Shown in pieces: positions 12,601-22,889 of a stretch of DNA of 57,031 bases. The notes below the pieces were generated by a model, which had not been told where the DNA came from, did no database searches, and saw only the letters and a program-made list of their open reading frames with translations. How positions within the stretch are numbered: position 1 is the stretch's first letter; the number at the start of each line of letters is the position of its first letter. Source of the stretch: Histomonas meleagridis 2922-C6/04-290x (lineage: Eukaryota > Protista > Parabasalia); contig JAANOX010000122.1 in the NCBI GenBank assembly GCA_020184695.1, positions 1-57,031 of the forward strand. Direction: 5' to 3'. A program made the translations under genes and the position numbers.

Positions 12601-13564
12601 AATGAAAATTAATAACAACTTCGAATATAAATTACAAAATGAAATAATAAAAAATGAAAATAAAAACATTTTAATTCCGAATAATGTTAAAAACATAAGG
12701 AAAACAATAAAAATATTTAATAAAAGTTTTTTGCCTCCATTAATTAATAATATTAATGATGAAGTATATAAAATGATATATCAAATCCCTTATAATAATT
12801 CACGAACATCAGAAATTGATTTAATTCTAACAAACGGAGTAAAAGTTAAATATATTTTGGCATCAAAATATGAAATTAATTCTAAAGAAACAATTTTATT
12901 ATATTTAATCTCGAAAATATTATCGAAAAACATTTTTTGTCGAAACATTAAACAAATTATTTCATTTATTCCTTTTTTAAAATTGAAAAATGAGTTTTAT
13001 TTACTAAGAACTAATATGAAAACTTATATAAAAACAACAAAAATTTCAAAACTTTTAAATATTATTAATAATGAAAAAACAAATTTAAGAAAAGAAAAAA
13101 AATTATTTTTAAACTTTAATACAATGAAATGTTTATATGATTGGTCAAATGTATTCATTTCGCGTTTTTCTTCTTTATGTACATTACAATATATATTAAA
13201 AACAAATGTTTTTAACCCTTTTAATGTTTTTATTGATGAAGAAAATATCGAAATCATTGTAAACGTTTTCGATGATATTAACGCGAAAAATGAAATAATT
13301 TTTCGTTTGTTTGGGAAATTCGGAAAATTCTTTAATGTTAATATTGGAAACGCGTTGTTAATGAATGGAATTAAAACAACTGCAAAGTGTTTATATAATA
13401 ACTTTTACGAGTTTTCTTTGTTCGTAGATTCTTTTTTAAATGTTAATAATATAAATAACTTAAAAGAAGAATTACAAAAATTGGTTAATGAAGCAAATGA
13501 TTTGGATGAAATAGTCAATAAGTCTTACAAAGCATCAGATCGATATCTGATGCCATGGTTCTAA
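6626..13564 (+). CDS. PIKK-family (TRRAP/Tra1-like) pseudokinase, 2312 aa
   Basis: Long helical ORF. The C-terminal region follows the PI3/4K-domain layout (LTNGVKVKYIL; QYIL...PFNV; FRLFGKF; TTAKCL) without DRH/DFG motifs and ends in a FATC-like ...LMPWF* tail. Confidence 0.55.
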   Translation: MRTFKIAMLNPRPDGTSELEEILGEDEIDLSLLKEEVISSDMNNELKNYVIQKIFNDEIEINDDNICDLLSILNILDFKITLNYNKITKEIIEILGKCSPNHLVHYQFVKVVKRSFPKTLNTFISQDIIDYFNNTIESIFQSDDKNYDLIRLLLQTIKFYGNEFKYKDNSLPLDFVMTRYSREEINPVEQFKQYYYILENTNDNPFLIQDLLVELNRLSEFMTVNEAELISNCLDLILNLKCKTDTLFLIQCIDINLFVAKLKLMQKFDQRKQVILFLENTFFKEKYNENIINLIIQQIDIESEDEMQQIIYILEEIIANINKFETKEEIKKNCFLGIRMIHHLYLLIFINSKIKIINNYSELINLLLKHFVLLNNISNESETYILNNIPHGYHKDESFFLDIFSDSFINIQSQHIIYQKIKEYLKCFFDCINFLSYRITEILFEKCINYKNNLDKKQNNYFYDIFINKILNDNNLLFIYFNAYINLLINSFETNENIFQEIVLFNKFMELLLKSNYIKSKKLFQKEKLKKFTNLLFLYFFSYKKDKLFIRTISNLFKTLKFLLIDEKLFNKLFSITKLKKFLQHVFRNKKNSINLSNFIIEWLNNINGINLLNDEIIISFLIDSIQYTPNESLKILKQFNKITKNQIFIEQFLNLINNPNVDKTLIDYYINIIPKKKLIYSNEAVSKVPTDFKISFLYKSLSFELNPFQVYKEIKKIIKMKNPTTIFNYIQTFPQNDFSSPPSILHNLLRETTNIINENKEQFPELIEIIIKIICFEVETYYNKTKSIIQEISESFKEYLIISLGLLDKPIYVSIKNKEEFNTIVNKITFILSSTYINSIFLACKIVKYFINSIDIDFIDFKTLIIFIDNFIINKLKLKNCFNYHENKSLNFFELEFLPTNIYNYIIFIKENIKKLNPNDFINIILETNSNLSRIYYSELLTSMNKTSKVNFNQIISKKDFKIDSVLVRAFPNLFDRIENQIYKFSDSTNLYNVNDIISLCTFDYTEKRINVYLEYIMKNIKNIKIFDYIYIFKYLRFAFDNGNNETQKNINNLSNILEENLKHKLNNYSEYLSYFFILNPNKVTNIIIKELKKSENLEKNINEILLFINSTNFVKFIIENDFFEIIFEEIINIYYDKIYIDKIEIKIRNFLNYSVKLTAKTLSEKLNSKNFITFLLYLLNFSYFDGIFKEIIRNDIFKKHFYEYPETLTIAIKYKQKSLKFNIIKQSIQKYNFKLLLQWCFDNDYYIEILNDLIQYKCKLYMKYYKFLLKNKRKKITNKIQNYLIKNKKIDIKTKNILIKELSLTKKREILQNIFEVNDDDIKLYLLAKKFGINLTFENEFIISENYLYPKQYFIDFLSYKHRQIINSFPIENLLISYQNNIILFNRLLKFIKMNRYIYPNPFKQFSLYFYTFFNEEVFTCDKLQHYIKTFTLFCSFLPLPNEITKLNEYFGLKLSKFAKFLLPFYIKSEIFNKTYSKFFGYLISLIELFQSKNEFIPIYINLLANSFKENKYLLSLQLLEPIPEFIRLLKDSFYINEFIKMLIPMINVNNLYWPNIMNSLINSHDDNIKNIEIEPFLKFILYYNKNPSQELIDIALNFMSNNKTKPFNDIISNAMANWIIKKNKNKTISVLGEEINNFDISKWFIFGFFKQTTKSVDYSQEIKHFVDNKNLYKSFYNEMPIEIILNFIDANSLYVIPINKLNFIKDYHVKININSNYSFDLYNSFGISKKYSIILNRCIDIQIKNQIHYKNKVLNGINKYFTNDISNWNLQENENENYLYEIIKKINNKNYDNFDQLIPDLNEILVKIDNNLNKNTIPIYLLVTNLIKNQNFSYVLNKFDTFELHDQYKIIREYFQLEFFDDIKHIKSYEKSRNLYNFEIKQIYQPEIINNKTINEFLLYSLYNSSNININEFVSYIIEPNDLLYLALYLNRIEIKNVSNKIIYFPIIWSLLFSTEKKNDKTFEKYLYPSTNINKQFFDSITEFTEMKQMKINNNFEYKLQNEIIKNENKNILIPNNVKNIRKTIKIFNKSFLPPLINNINDEVYKMIYQIPYNNSRTSEIDLILTNGVKVKYILASKYEINSKETILLYLISKILSKNIFCRNIKQIISFIPFLKLKNEFYLLRTNMKTYIKTTKISKLLNIINNEKTNLRKEKKLFLNFNTMKCLYDWSNVFISRFSSLCTLQYILKTNVFNPFNVFIDEENIEIIVNVFDDINAKNEIIFRLFGKFGKFFNVNIGNALLMNGIKTTAKCLYNNFYEFSLFVDSFLNVNNINNLKEELQKLVNEANDLDEIVNKSYKASDRYLMPWF

Positions 13565-14515
13565 TATATATATATATATATATAAATAAAATATTATGTC
13601 TTTTTGTTTTAGTAAATAATCTTCATGTTCCTTGTTTCAGGTCGAATTATTGTTCAATTTTTCATCATAATCATTTCTCATAACTTCTGCAATTTCCATT
13701 GGGTTAACTCCTTCTTTAATGTAATTTTTATAAAGTTTCAAATCAAATATTTGATATTTCTTCTTTGTTTTATAATGTAAAAAAATAAGGTTTTGTTATG
13801 CTTTCTTGCAATGTAAAACAATAGGTTGAGATATGTAGAATTTCTAAAAAGTTGGTTTTTGTTGGTAATCTGATGACCTTTCAGGGAAAAAATTAAAAAC
13901 ATACGAAGTGTATACTATATTAAAATTTCTTTTTTGATTCAATAAAATCTTTTTAAAATTTTTCAAATTTAATCTTTGGACATAAGTTTGTACATGTACA
14001 TCTGATTTCGAATATAACCAGACAACTATCTTATGCTATTTTAATTTTAAATTATTTGAAGAAAAAATGATTATACTAAAAATTTTTACAAAGTCATTAT
14101 TAATTAGTTAATAGTTTTGAAATTAAGATTGCTATGCACATGATTAACATCGGCTAAACTATGTATTGATAATATTTAATTGAATTTTTATTGACAGCAA
14201 TTTGATATTCATTCCATAACTTATGCAATGCAATCCAATATATTATGTCATTTTTGAATATTTTTATCAATTGTTCGAGTAATAAAGAAAAATTATATAT
14301 TAGTTTATACCAGTAGTGAATCAGTATATTGAATAATATTATCGAATTAAAAAAATGATGAACGATCAATATTTGAAAAGTATTGAATGTATCGTCTTTC
14401 CCGATAGGTTTTGATTGATTTATGATCGGACAAAAGGTAATTTTTAATGGAATATTCCATTTGAAACGATACAGAATTTGAATGAATACATATATCTCCT
14501 CTGTTGTGAAGAAAA

Positions 14516-15720
14516 TGCTCCGTCAGGTCAAGTGACTTAACTTTTTGAATGGTTTACGATTTCCACTTTTCGAATGTATAATTGTATTTTTAGCTTTAAT
14601 CAAAAATTATTTGAGAAATTTTTATTTCCATTTTGTGGATAGTTGTTTTCCCATTTTCTTCGACTTTCATGAATACTTCATCCCCAACTTTCCATTTTTG
14701 ATTACCCAAATAAAGTTTTGCTGGAACATCCATAGAAAGTGATGAGTGTGGAATAATGTTATTATAATTATTCCTAAATGTTTCTAATGAACTTGAATCA
14801 CTTGTTGTCATTTTTTCAAGTGACGGCCAAAAGCGTTCAATTTTACCATTTTGCTGTGTATTTAAAGGAAATATTTTTATGAGTCCTATTTCTTTTTCCC
14901 TTAATAATTCCACAGCTTTATCGCCTACATTTTCACCTCCATTGTCACACCAGACGATAGTGGGGCGACCGTTTAGTTCAATGAACTTTTTTGAACAATT
15001 TGAAATAGTTTTTGCATCTTTTGATGAAACAGCCTCAATCCCAACACAATATCTCGAATAGTCATCTATTGCAGCATAAATGTACATTCCCTTAACTTTC
15101 TTCCGATAGTGCACATCAATATGCCAGCAAGCATTAGGTACAGTAAATTGGTATCGGCATCTGGCGATAAACGGCTGCTTCGGTTTTTTCGGTTGTACCC
15201 ACTCTTCTTCATGTAAATTTCACGGATAGAATCATATTTAAAAAGAATTGTTATGTTTGACCCTTTGAGAATATAATACATTTTTGTTACTCCAATAATA
15301 ATTCCTTTTTGTCTATATTCAAACGGTACATGATATTTTTGAGTTCTTCTTTGTTAACACTAATTAAACTTCTTCCACGTCCTCGTGTAACATTGAGTCC
15401 TCTTCTTTTGATTATCCTATATAATGTACCAATAGAAATATCAATAGCCTCGGATGAATTTTTGATTTTTACACTTAATATGGCTTCTCTTATTGTTGCT
15501 GTACCGTTGTTAATGTCGCTTACTGCTTCAAGCCATTTTTCGTCGATTTGCTCCAAAATAGTCAAGATTTCCCATACACTCCCCTTCATTACAAGTAAAC
15601 GGTCGACGCCGATACCACTTTTTCAATCATATGGTGATTAAGAAGATGGTATCGGCTATATCGGCACAAAGTATATCAAAATATTTTACAACTTAATTGG
15701 TCACTTGACCTGGGGGAACA
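14516..15720 (-). mobile_element. IS481-like (eukaryotic IS481EU-type) rve transposon
   Basis: Imperfect TIRs tgctccgtcaggtcaagtgac and tgttcccccaggtcaagtgac (3 of 21 mismatches), TG..CA ends; no TSD found. Confidence 0.75.
14596..15589 (-). pseudogene. IS481-like rve transposase (disrupted)
   Basis: CWHIDVH, AIDDYSR, VWCDNGGE, QQNGKIERFW, YNNIIPHSSL; N-terminal part (15287..15589) separated by stops/frameshifts. Confidence 0.85.
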
Positions 15721-16573
15721 TTTTTGTCATTATAAGACATGTTCCCTTTCAAATTGAAAAATCTATATGCCAAGAAATTTTTTCAATCGAAATATCAAAT
15801 GCCAATAATTTGAATGGCTGTTGTCAAAAAAAATTCATTCAAATAATATAATATTTTCAATAGAAAAATCTATGATTATTGCCATTAAATATTTTGTTTC
15901 TAAGAAAATCAATCGATTTTCAAAACCCATCAAATTCACAAATTATATCATATGATTACACAATTTTATTATCTTCTCTTGATGATATTAAAGATAATAT
16001 CATTAAACCTTATAATTATCTCATATTAATGATTTTATTAACAATCTTTTTTATTAGAATGATTTTCTATAAAGAAAATGATATTCAAAACACAACAAAA
16101 AGCCAAAACAATTTGTTTATATTTACAATATTTTTTGTTCATACATTCCAAGAGTTTATGGTACCTCCATTTACATTTATCGTAAACTCTGAATACTGAA
16201 ATGAACAATATAGGGTGTTCAAAAAGTCCTGACCCCCCTCCTATTATCGGCTGTGATAGGTTTATAAATAAAATATTCATATAATTTCAAAATATATTTA
16301 ATGAAGATTTTGCATACAAATTATGAAATTGATCAGATATTGAAACTGTTATGGTTCCGATATATCATTATTACTTTTATTTTCAAAATAATTTGATTTT
16401 TTGTATATAGAGCAAGCGAGAGACCAAATTCAATAACAAAACCCGGTGAAAAAATAACAGATTCCAGTGAGACGATAGAGAACCATACAGTCCGATACAA
16501 GCCGATCGAGGAACGATAAGTATAGGAAAAGCTATCGGTAAAAAGAAAATTCAATAACCCAAGAAATAATAGA

Positions 16574-16775
16574 ACAAATTGTATGAGTATACAAAAATCA
16601 TATTGATTTTTGTAATGCGTGCGAAGCGAGCAAGGGGAGAGCCGGGCCGAAGGGCCCTTCGGGGGCCGTTAGGCGAACCCCCTCCCCGCGGAGGGACCGA
16701 GCGATAGCGAGGGGACCGGAGGGGGTTGAACGGCCGGAGGCTGGGCACCGACCCACGCCGGAGGCCTGAGGTATT
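16574..16775. other. GC-rich multi-hairpin cassette with the same left junction as 44761..44975
   Basis: acaaattgtatg...acaaaaatcat.ttga.ttttgt...gcgtgcgaagcgagc parallels 44761..44815; palindrome gaagggcccttc; stem ggccgtt..aaccccctcc / ggagggggtt..aacggcc. Confidence 0.7.
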
Positions 16776-16868
16776 GCATTCGATTCGAAAAAGTGTATTT
16801 AACCCAACATTTAAATGAAAAAATAATTATTACAGGCTTAAGATTTTAAAAAAGAGAAGTATTTTAAT

Positions 16869-17915
16869 TTAGTTTAGTGACTCCAGACAAGAAAGTGTTG
16901 CCATTTCGTCACGATCACAAGCATCATAAACCTGCAACACTGTCATCCTATTATACCCATGCGACATTATTCTTCTTACAGCTTGCTCTTCCTCTGGACT
17001 TAGTTGCAAGTCGACACCACCAATTCCTTCCGTTAAATTTTGGGGCACCCCAAAATATGGATCCATTTGAATTCCTTGACCAAAATTCGGCCATTCAACG
17101 TTTTCAAATGGGATGCCTATGTCTGGTGGTAGTACTGCTCTTTCTTCCGGATTTGGCGCTCCACGAATTACTCTAATCCGAGGAGCTCCTCCTCCTAATT
17201 GAATATCATTTTGATCAATAAAATCACTAAAACTTGGCTCACGGTTTCGTGGGTTTGTGTCTTCTGATGTTTCTTCTTCATAACCATCAAGATCTTGATA
17301 AAATACATTTTCATCATCTAAGTCATCGTGACTATATTCATCATCATAATCATAGTTGTTAGCATTGTCAGATTCTTCACCATCTAAAAAGTTGCCCATG
17401 CCATGTTCTGATCCATGAATTAAGAAATTTGAAAGAGCTTCAAGAAAGTTGTTCGCAATAGGGTTGTTAGCTTGGAGTTCAAGCAAGTTTGTAAGGTCAT
17501 TGTTCCCTGAAATCTCTTGTAAATGTTGGATTAATGAATGATGGTTTCTTCTGAAATTATTATTACCATTGTTATTGTGTCTAAAGAAATTAGAAATTTG
17601 ATCCTCCTCATTTATTTGAGTTTTTTGGTTTGAGTAATAATTAGAATAAATTGGATCAGAAAATCCGAAAGCATTTTCAACTTTTGGATAAGATTTTTCT
17701 GGGTAAAGTGAGTTATCGAACATTACAATTGGTTGGTCATTTTTATTGATATGATCTGTATCTTGTAATTGTACCCCATTTAAGCAAAATATTGTATGAT
17801 CGAGAGAAAGATGAGATGTTTCGGCAAGAAGCTTTTTTAAGGAAGACAATGTAATGTCTTCTTTTGATTCTATATCATATGACTTACCAAAAAGATCAAG
17901 GATTTTTATTTTCAT
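16869..17915 (-). CDS. RAD23-like UBL-UBA ubiquitin shuttle protein, 348 aa
   Basis: N-terminal ubiquitin-like domain (MKIKILDLFGKSYDIE...IFCLNGVQLQD); C-terminal LSPEEEQAVRRIMSHGYNRMTVLQVYDACDRDEMATLSCL resembles the RAD23 second UBA domain. Confidence 0.75.
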   Translation of the reverse strand: MKIKILDLFGKSYDIESKEDITLSSLKKLLAETSHLSLDHTIFCLNGVQLQDTDHINKNDQPIVMFDNSLYPEKSYPKVENAFGFSDPIYSNYYSNQKTQINEEDQISNFFRHNNNGNNNFRRNHHSLIQHLQEISGNNDLTNLLELQANNPIANNFLEALSNFLIHGSEHGMGNFLDGEESDNANNYDYDDEYSHDDLDDENVFYQDLDGYEEETSEDTNPRNREPSFSDFIDQNDIQLGGGAPRIRVIRGAPNPEERAVLPPDIGIPFENVEWPNFGQGIQMDPYFGVPQNLTEGIGGVDLQLSPEEEQAVRRIMSHGYNRMTVLQVYDACDRDEMATLSCLESLN

Positions 17916-17995
17916 TTATGGATCTAATAATGTCACTTTTTAAAATTAACATTGTCATTATCGAACAGACTTTGTCAATATTCAAAAAATTTTGG
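17916..17995. promoter_or_regulatory. 80-bp bidirectional promoter
   Basis: Spacer between head-to-head genes; contains TCACT/TCATT initiator-like motifs and AAAGTGAC on the minus strand (17932..17939), a motif I recall from Trichomonas core promoters. Confidence 0.45.
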
Positions 17996-20677
17996 ATGGA
18001 ACAACTCATTGAACACTTAAATATTCTTTTTGCCAATGCAAACAGCAATGATCCACAAATTCAAAGTCAAGCAAATAAAGAAATTTCTGAGATGCTCATG
18101 AGTGATCCAATTAAATGTCTCCAAATTTTTTCTTTTTCACTAAGAAACGTCCAAATTCCAATTCACACAAGACGATTTTCAGCAATTCTTATATCCCATA
18201 TTTTAAAAAATAAAACTTCACAATTTATTGAATGCATAAAACAAGTTTGGGAAACAATGCCTGATCTTGTTAATACACTTAAATCAACTATAATGGAATC
18301 TATTCTTGATGCAGATCCTACTGTTCGAAATTGTTCTTGTCATATCTTTGCTTTAATATTTGGGATTGACCAAGGGAATTGGTATGACGCCCTTAAATCC
18401 ATTTTACTGAACATTGCGAGTCCAAATATCAGACCTAATGGTACTATTGCCATATTAAAAATTTTCAAAGAAATTTTATATACACCAAATTTTCAAATCT
18501 ATCTTAAAACACCAGAACTTATATCACTTTACAATGATTTTTTTTTCTCAGCAATCACACTTCTTTCATCACCTCTTAATGATCAAACCATTACTACAGA
18601 GTTACGTCTCACAGCATCTGAATCAGCTTGTGACTATATTTTATATTTAGGCGAACAAATCTTATCTGATGATCCACTGAGTAAGATATCTATAATTCTT
18701 CAAAATATAGTTCCATCACTTCAAGTTGCAGATCTTCAAATATTCCAATGTTTACATAAGATTATGTATATTTTGGTTAAACAATTTTATGGTATAAGTT
18801 TCCAATTTATGGGAACAATTTTCATGTACATCCGTAACGGTCTCCTTATGACTCAACCAGAATATCAAAAAATAGCGATTTTCCTACTCCATCAGATCAC
18901 AAAGTTTGAGTATTCATATGATAAACGCCCACATAATCGAAAAGTTCCCAAGCAAAACCTTATTCAATATTGTTTAGAGAACACTGATTTATTTACATTG
19001 TTATTAAACATATTACATAACATTTCAGAGAATGACATTAATATTGAAGATGCTATTGAGCCAAGTCCAAGTAATTATGTTACGGCAACATTACAAATTA
19101 TGTATATGAATACTCCTGATTTAATATTTCAATTAACGTCACCACACATTATAAATTTATTAGAATCTACATCAAATAATTGGGTTGATAAACATACTGC
19201 TGTATTACTTATATGTAGTTTACTTGAACGACCTTATAATGGAATTATATTAGATTTATTAATGAAATCTTTTCCATGTGTCATCGAGTTATGTAAACAT
19301 AATTATAATAATCATTTACGAGAAACTTCATTATATGTTCTTTCTTGTATCTTATTCCATTATAAAGAAATTATTACAAATCAAGAAATATGTCCAAATC
19401 CAGAATTAGTAATTAATTCAATTATCGAAATAATCGATTTAACTCAAATCGAACATCCGAAAATTCTTGAGCGATATTTAAACATAATAACAAATTTAGT
19501 GAATGTTTGGGAAATGCCCAATCAAATGCATGAAACATTAATTGGGCAATATTTTCCAATATTATATGAAAAACTTACAACGATATTACAAATATCATTA
19601 ACAGATCAATATATTAATTCATCAACACTTATAATTTCATTAGTATCTGAAGCACTTAATCAATTAATATTAAATTTACCAATGACTATAGTTGATGAAA
19701 TATTACCTAATTTATTAGGGATAATATTAAATAATTTGAAACAAACACTTCAAGGAATTTTATCAGGAGATATAAAGTTCACTTTACAAGCAGGTTTTTG
19801 TTCGAATATTTCAACAATTATTCCAAGGCTTCGTAATAACTTAGATCCACAACTTGGCCAAATGACAATTACATTATTATTAAATATTCTTTCATGTCGG
19901 AATACTTTAATATATGACGAAGGTTTATTAACTTTAGCTGCTTTCGTATATTATCGAACAGATTTAATTAATGAAATATTTGCGACGAAATTCATCGAGT
20001 TAATTAATGATGGTTTAATCTCAAAGAATTGTGACGTTGTTAATTCAAGTGTTATATTACTCGGTAAAATGTTCGAGAAATTGGGGAAAGTAATGCAATC
20101 AATGTTTGTCCCAGCATTCGAATCATTATATAAATTATTAATGGAAAACCCTTCAATTAGACCAATTCATTCGACTATTATTGGGACAATCGCACAAATG
20201 TTTAACTCTTTTTCTGGTAATGAAATTATTATGCAATTCCATGATAAGTTATTTGTGTTAATGAAAACAATTAGAGACTCAACAAAGAATTTAAATTTCG
20301 ATTTAGATCAAGACGTCCAATACGCAAATGATTTATATAGAGCGTTAAGTGAAGTATATGGTTCTTACGCAAGAAACTTCTACGCAACAAGATTCGGTAA
20401 TAACGAAAATAATATTAAAATCGAAAAAACGCAAATTTTGGAATTGGCAGAATTGGCAAAATGTATTTTAGCATTGGGTAATGATAATATTGACGATGAC
20501 GTAATTTTGGAGTTCGAAAAAACTACAAAAATTTTCGCCGAAAATTGTTCAAGAACAAATAACTTAATAATAAATAGATATTATATTCATGAGGTTTTGA
20601 AAATTGGAAGAAAAAGTCATAACGAAAAAGTGGCCAAACCTGCCGAGGAGTTGACAAAATATATAAAGGAAAGATAA
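17996..20677 (+). CDS. Importin-beta/karyopherin-like HEAT-repeat protein (probable start 17996, about 893 aa)
   Basis: IBN_N-like start (NDPQIQSQANKEI...RRFSAILI) and HEAT-like repeats (NWVDKHTAVLLICSLLE, LRETSLYVLSCI). The 17864 start overlaps the opposite gene and is unlikely. Confidence 0.7.
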   Translation: MEQLIEHLNILFANANSNDPQIQSQANKEISEMLMSDPIKCLQIFSFSLRNVQIPIHTRRFSAILISHILKNKTSQFIECIKQVWETMPDLVNTLKSTIMESILDADPTVRNCSCHIFALIFGIDQGNWYDALKSILLNIASPNIRPNGTIAILKIFKEILYTPNFQIYLKTPELISLYNDFFFSAITLLSSPLNDQTITTELRLTASESACDYILYLGEQILSDDPLSKISIILQNIVPSLQVADLQIFQCLHKIMYILVKQFYGISFQFMGTIFMYIRNGLLMTQPEYQKIAIFLLHQITKFEYSYDKRPHNRKVPKQNLIQYCLENTDLFTLLLNILHNISENDINIEDAIEPSPSNYVTATLQIMYMNTPDLIFQLTSPHIINLLESTSNNWVDKHTAVLLICSLLERPYNGIILDLLMKSFPCVIELCKHNYNNHLRETSLYVLSCILFHYKEIITNQEICPNPELVINSIIEIIDLTQIEHPKILERYLNIITNLVNVWEMPNQMHETLIGQYFPILYEKLTTILQISLTDQYINSSTLIISLVSEALNQLILNLPMTIVDEILPNLLGIILNNLKQTLQGILSGDIKFTLQAGFCSNISTIIPRLRNNLDPQLGQMTITLLLNILSCRNTLIYDEGLLTLAAFVYYRTDLINEIFATKFIELINDGLISKNCDVVNSSVILLGKMFEKLGKVMQSMFVPAFESLYKLLMENPSIRPIHSTIIGTIAQMFNSFSGNEIIMQFHDKLFVLMKTIRDSTKNLNFDLDQDVQYANDLYRALSEVYGSYARNFYATRFGNNENNIKIEKTQILELAELAKCILALGNDNIDDDVILEFEKTTKIFAENCSRTNNLIINRYYIHEVLKIGRKSHNEKVAKPAEELTKYIKER

Positions 20678-20779
20678 TTTGTTGTAAATAAAAATATGTT
20701 TTGTTTTTTAAATAAATAACTATCGTTTTATTATACATAATTTTTGATTTGTTTTTACCCAAAGGTATAAAACATAAAA

Positions 20780-21160
20780 TTAGTCCTTGTTTTGTTTCAA
20801 TTCTTTCATATAATATTGGTAATTTTGAGTAAATTCAGCTGTTTTCAATATTTTATTGGAAATATCATGTATTCCAGTAAGAGTTAGAGTAAAGTTACAG
20901 AAAAAGATACAGCACAGAGGAAATAACTTTTTCTGAGATGTTTCTGTTAACAAACTAACAAATTTGATCCAATTTTCTGTAAATGAAAAAGAAAACCAAA
21001 TATCATCCATGCTCTCCACCATCAAAGGTCTGACCAGAGCACCCTCAGTTTCATTCAAATTTTGAGGAATTGACTCCACATCGGGAGAAACAAGTACCTC
21101 AACAACCAAGAGCAGCAGTGCAGCAATTTTTACCGCAGTAAAGTCCCCAATCTCCAACAA
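20780..21160 (-). CDS. Hypothetical ORF or gene fragment
   Basis: 126-codon open frame with a TTG start and coding-like composition; no family recognised. Confidence 0.2.
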   Translation of the reverse strand: MLEIGDFTAVKIAALLLLVVEVLVSPDVESIPQNLNETEGALVRPLMVESMDDIWFSFSFTENWIKFVSLLTETSQKKLFPLCCIFFCNFTLTLTGIHDISNKILKTAEFTQNYQYYMKELKQNKD

Positions 21161-21588
21161 AATTTACAAATTTTGACAATTTCATCAAATCTCAAGAACA
21201 AGTTTTATCAGTGCAGCAACAATCATTATTCGGTTCAATAAAAAAGCTAAATTCATTTTTTGAATAATATAAAATTTTTAATGTATCATACAGACTAATT
21301 AATAATAACAATATTCATATTTTATCAATACAAACAGAATCTTTTGATATATTCTAACAAATTAATGATAGAAATACATAATCAAATAAAACGTAAATAT
21401 TGAAAAGTTATAAAAATCAATTAATATTTAATTACTTATCAATCAAAAAATACTAAAGTAACAGAAAAAACTCCCGTCAGCGAGAAAAAACCCCATCCAA
21501 AATTACGGTTAAAGAGTTTGAATGACTTTTAATGTTCAAATAAAATTGACTAAAACTTTTAAGTTTTTCGCTTGATTGTTTATTTTCG

Positions 21589-22888
21589 ATGAAGAATGCT
21601 GGAAAAAAGTCTCAATTGAAAGGGCCACATGGAACAGTTGATGTTTATCCGGAGATGGTAAAGAGCTGTGCAATAGGCAATTTCTTGAACGGTCTTCTTG
21701 AAACGCATGAGTGGTAAAATGCAAAATCAGAAAGAGAACAGGTTCTATTTGCTCTTGAATCTTGCAGAGAAAATGGTTTTTCAGTGAGCCAATATGAACT
21801 TGCGAGGTTCTTCGGAATCGAAAGAAACACTGTCCAATATCATATAGAGCATTTTTTCTCTAATTTCGAGAATATCCAAATACCAGGTGGTAGACCTGCT
21901 ATTCTTGATGAGGATGAGAAGCTTCAGTTGATTGATTGGATTAAAGAAATACTCAAGCTCAGATACTTAGCAACTAACTTACCAAAAAATAGGAGAGTTT
22001 ATTGAAGATAAGTTTGGTAAGCACCTATCCATGGACACAATCAGACACAGGGTTTACTCTATGAAAGAGTTGAATGTTGTTACTGGGACTCCGATGAAAA
22101 GTGAATGAATCTTCAGTGATACTGTAAAAATGAATCAGGATTATGAAGAACTTGAAGCCTCGCTGGAATTCGGTATTCCTCCTGAGTTCATCATCAACAT
22201 TGATGAATCAGGATACCAAGAATGGGCTAACGCAAGAAATCTCCAGTGCATTGTTCCTATTGGTTATCCAAACATAGCTGTAAGAATCCCCAGGGACAGG
22301 ACATCAAAAAGAGCAACAATGTTAAATGGGATTTGTGCTAATGGATCTACCATCAAGCCTATGATTGTTCTCTCGCGTGAAACAATCGAAAAGGAACTCC
22401 TTGATCATGGTTACACTTTAGATAGAGTTCACATTGGGAGGTGTGACACAGACTACATTAATCAAAAATTATTTTTGCAATGGGTCAAGCAATCTTTTAT
22501 TCCAGAGATGAGAGCGAATAGAGCATGGTTCCATTACGATGGAACAATGATTATTATAATGGATGGTTTCGGTGTACATTTTTGTGATCAGTTTCGAAAA
22601 ATTCTATTAACCGATGACATTCATCCTCTACTATTTGCACCCCACAGTAGCAATCAGACTCAGTTTGTCGACCTTCTAATCTTTGGCTTGCAAAAGGCAA
22701 AAATGCAGCAAATTAGGATTAACAATCAATTTAACCCACAAACCCAGCAAGTCATTAAGATCCTTGATTCGTGGCAGCGAGTAACAACTCCAATAAATGT
22801 AATTGCTGCCTTTCGTCGAGGAGGTCTTATTATCCAACAAAGGAGACTCGTTTCCAGGGTTGATAGATCCCATGCAAAATTCCGATAA
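21589..22888 (+). pseudogene. pogo/DDE_1 transposase, disrupted and 3'-truncated
   Basis: MKNAGKK...ELARFFGI...GGRPAIL, PMKSE*, INIDESG, IIMDGFGVH, HSSNQTQFVDL; in-frame TAA and TGA plus one frameshift. Confidence 0.85.
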
Positions 22889-22889
22889 T

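Noticed and set aside
12463-13257. Short antisense ORFs inside long genes (also 3770, 4475, 14879, 15309, 16877, 22676, 30797, 55962 and similar)
   Set aside because: Shadow frames of well-supported genes on the opposite strand.
13564-13582. (TA)n microsatellite
   Set aside because: Trivial in an AT-rich genome.
14480-15760. Target-site duplication for the first IS481-like element
   Set aside because: The flanks (…gtgaagaaaa and tttttgtcat…) share no direct repeat at short or 15-16 bp lengths.
16551-16748. Arg/Pro-rich 65-aa ORF
   Set aside because: By-product of the GC hairpin island (stop-poor sequence); no coding signal. The same applies to the 43787 extension over the hairpin.
17864-17995. 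N-terminal extension of the importin-beta-like ORF
   Set aside because: It overlaps the start of the divergent RAD23-like gene and its promoter; the domain begins at the ATG at 17996.
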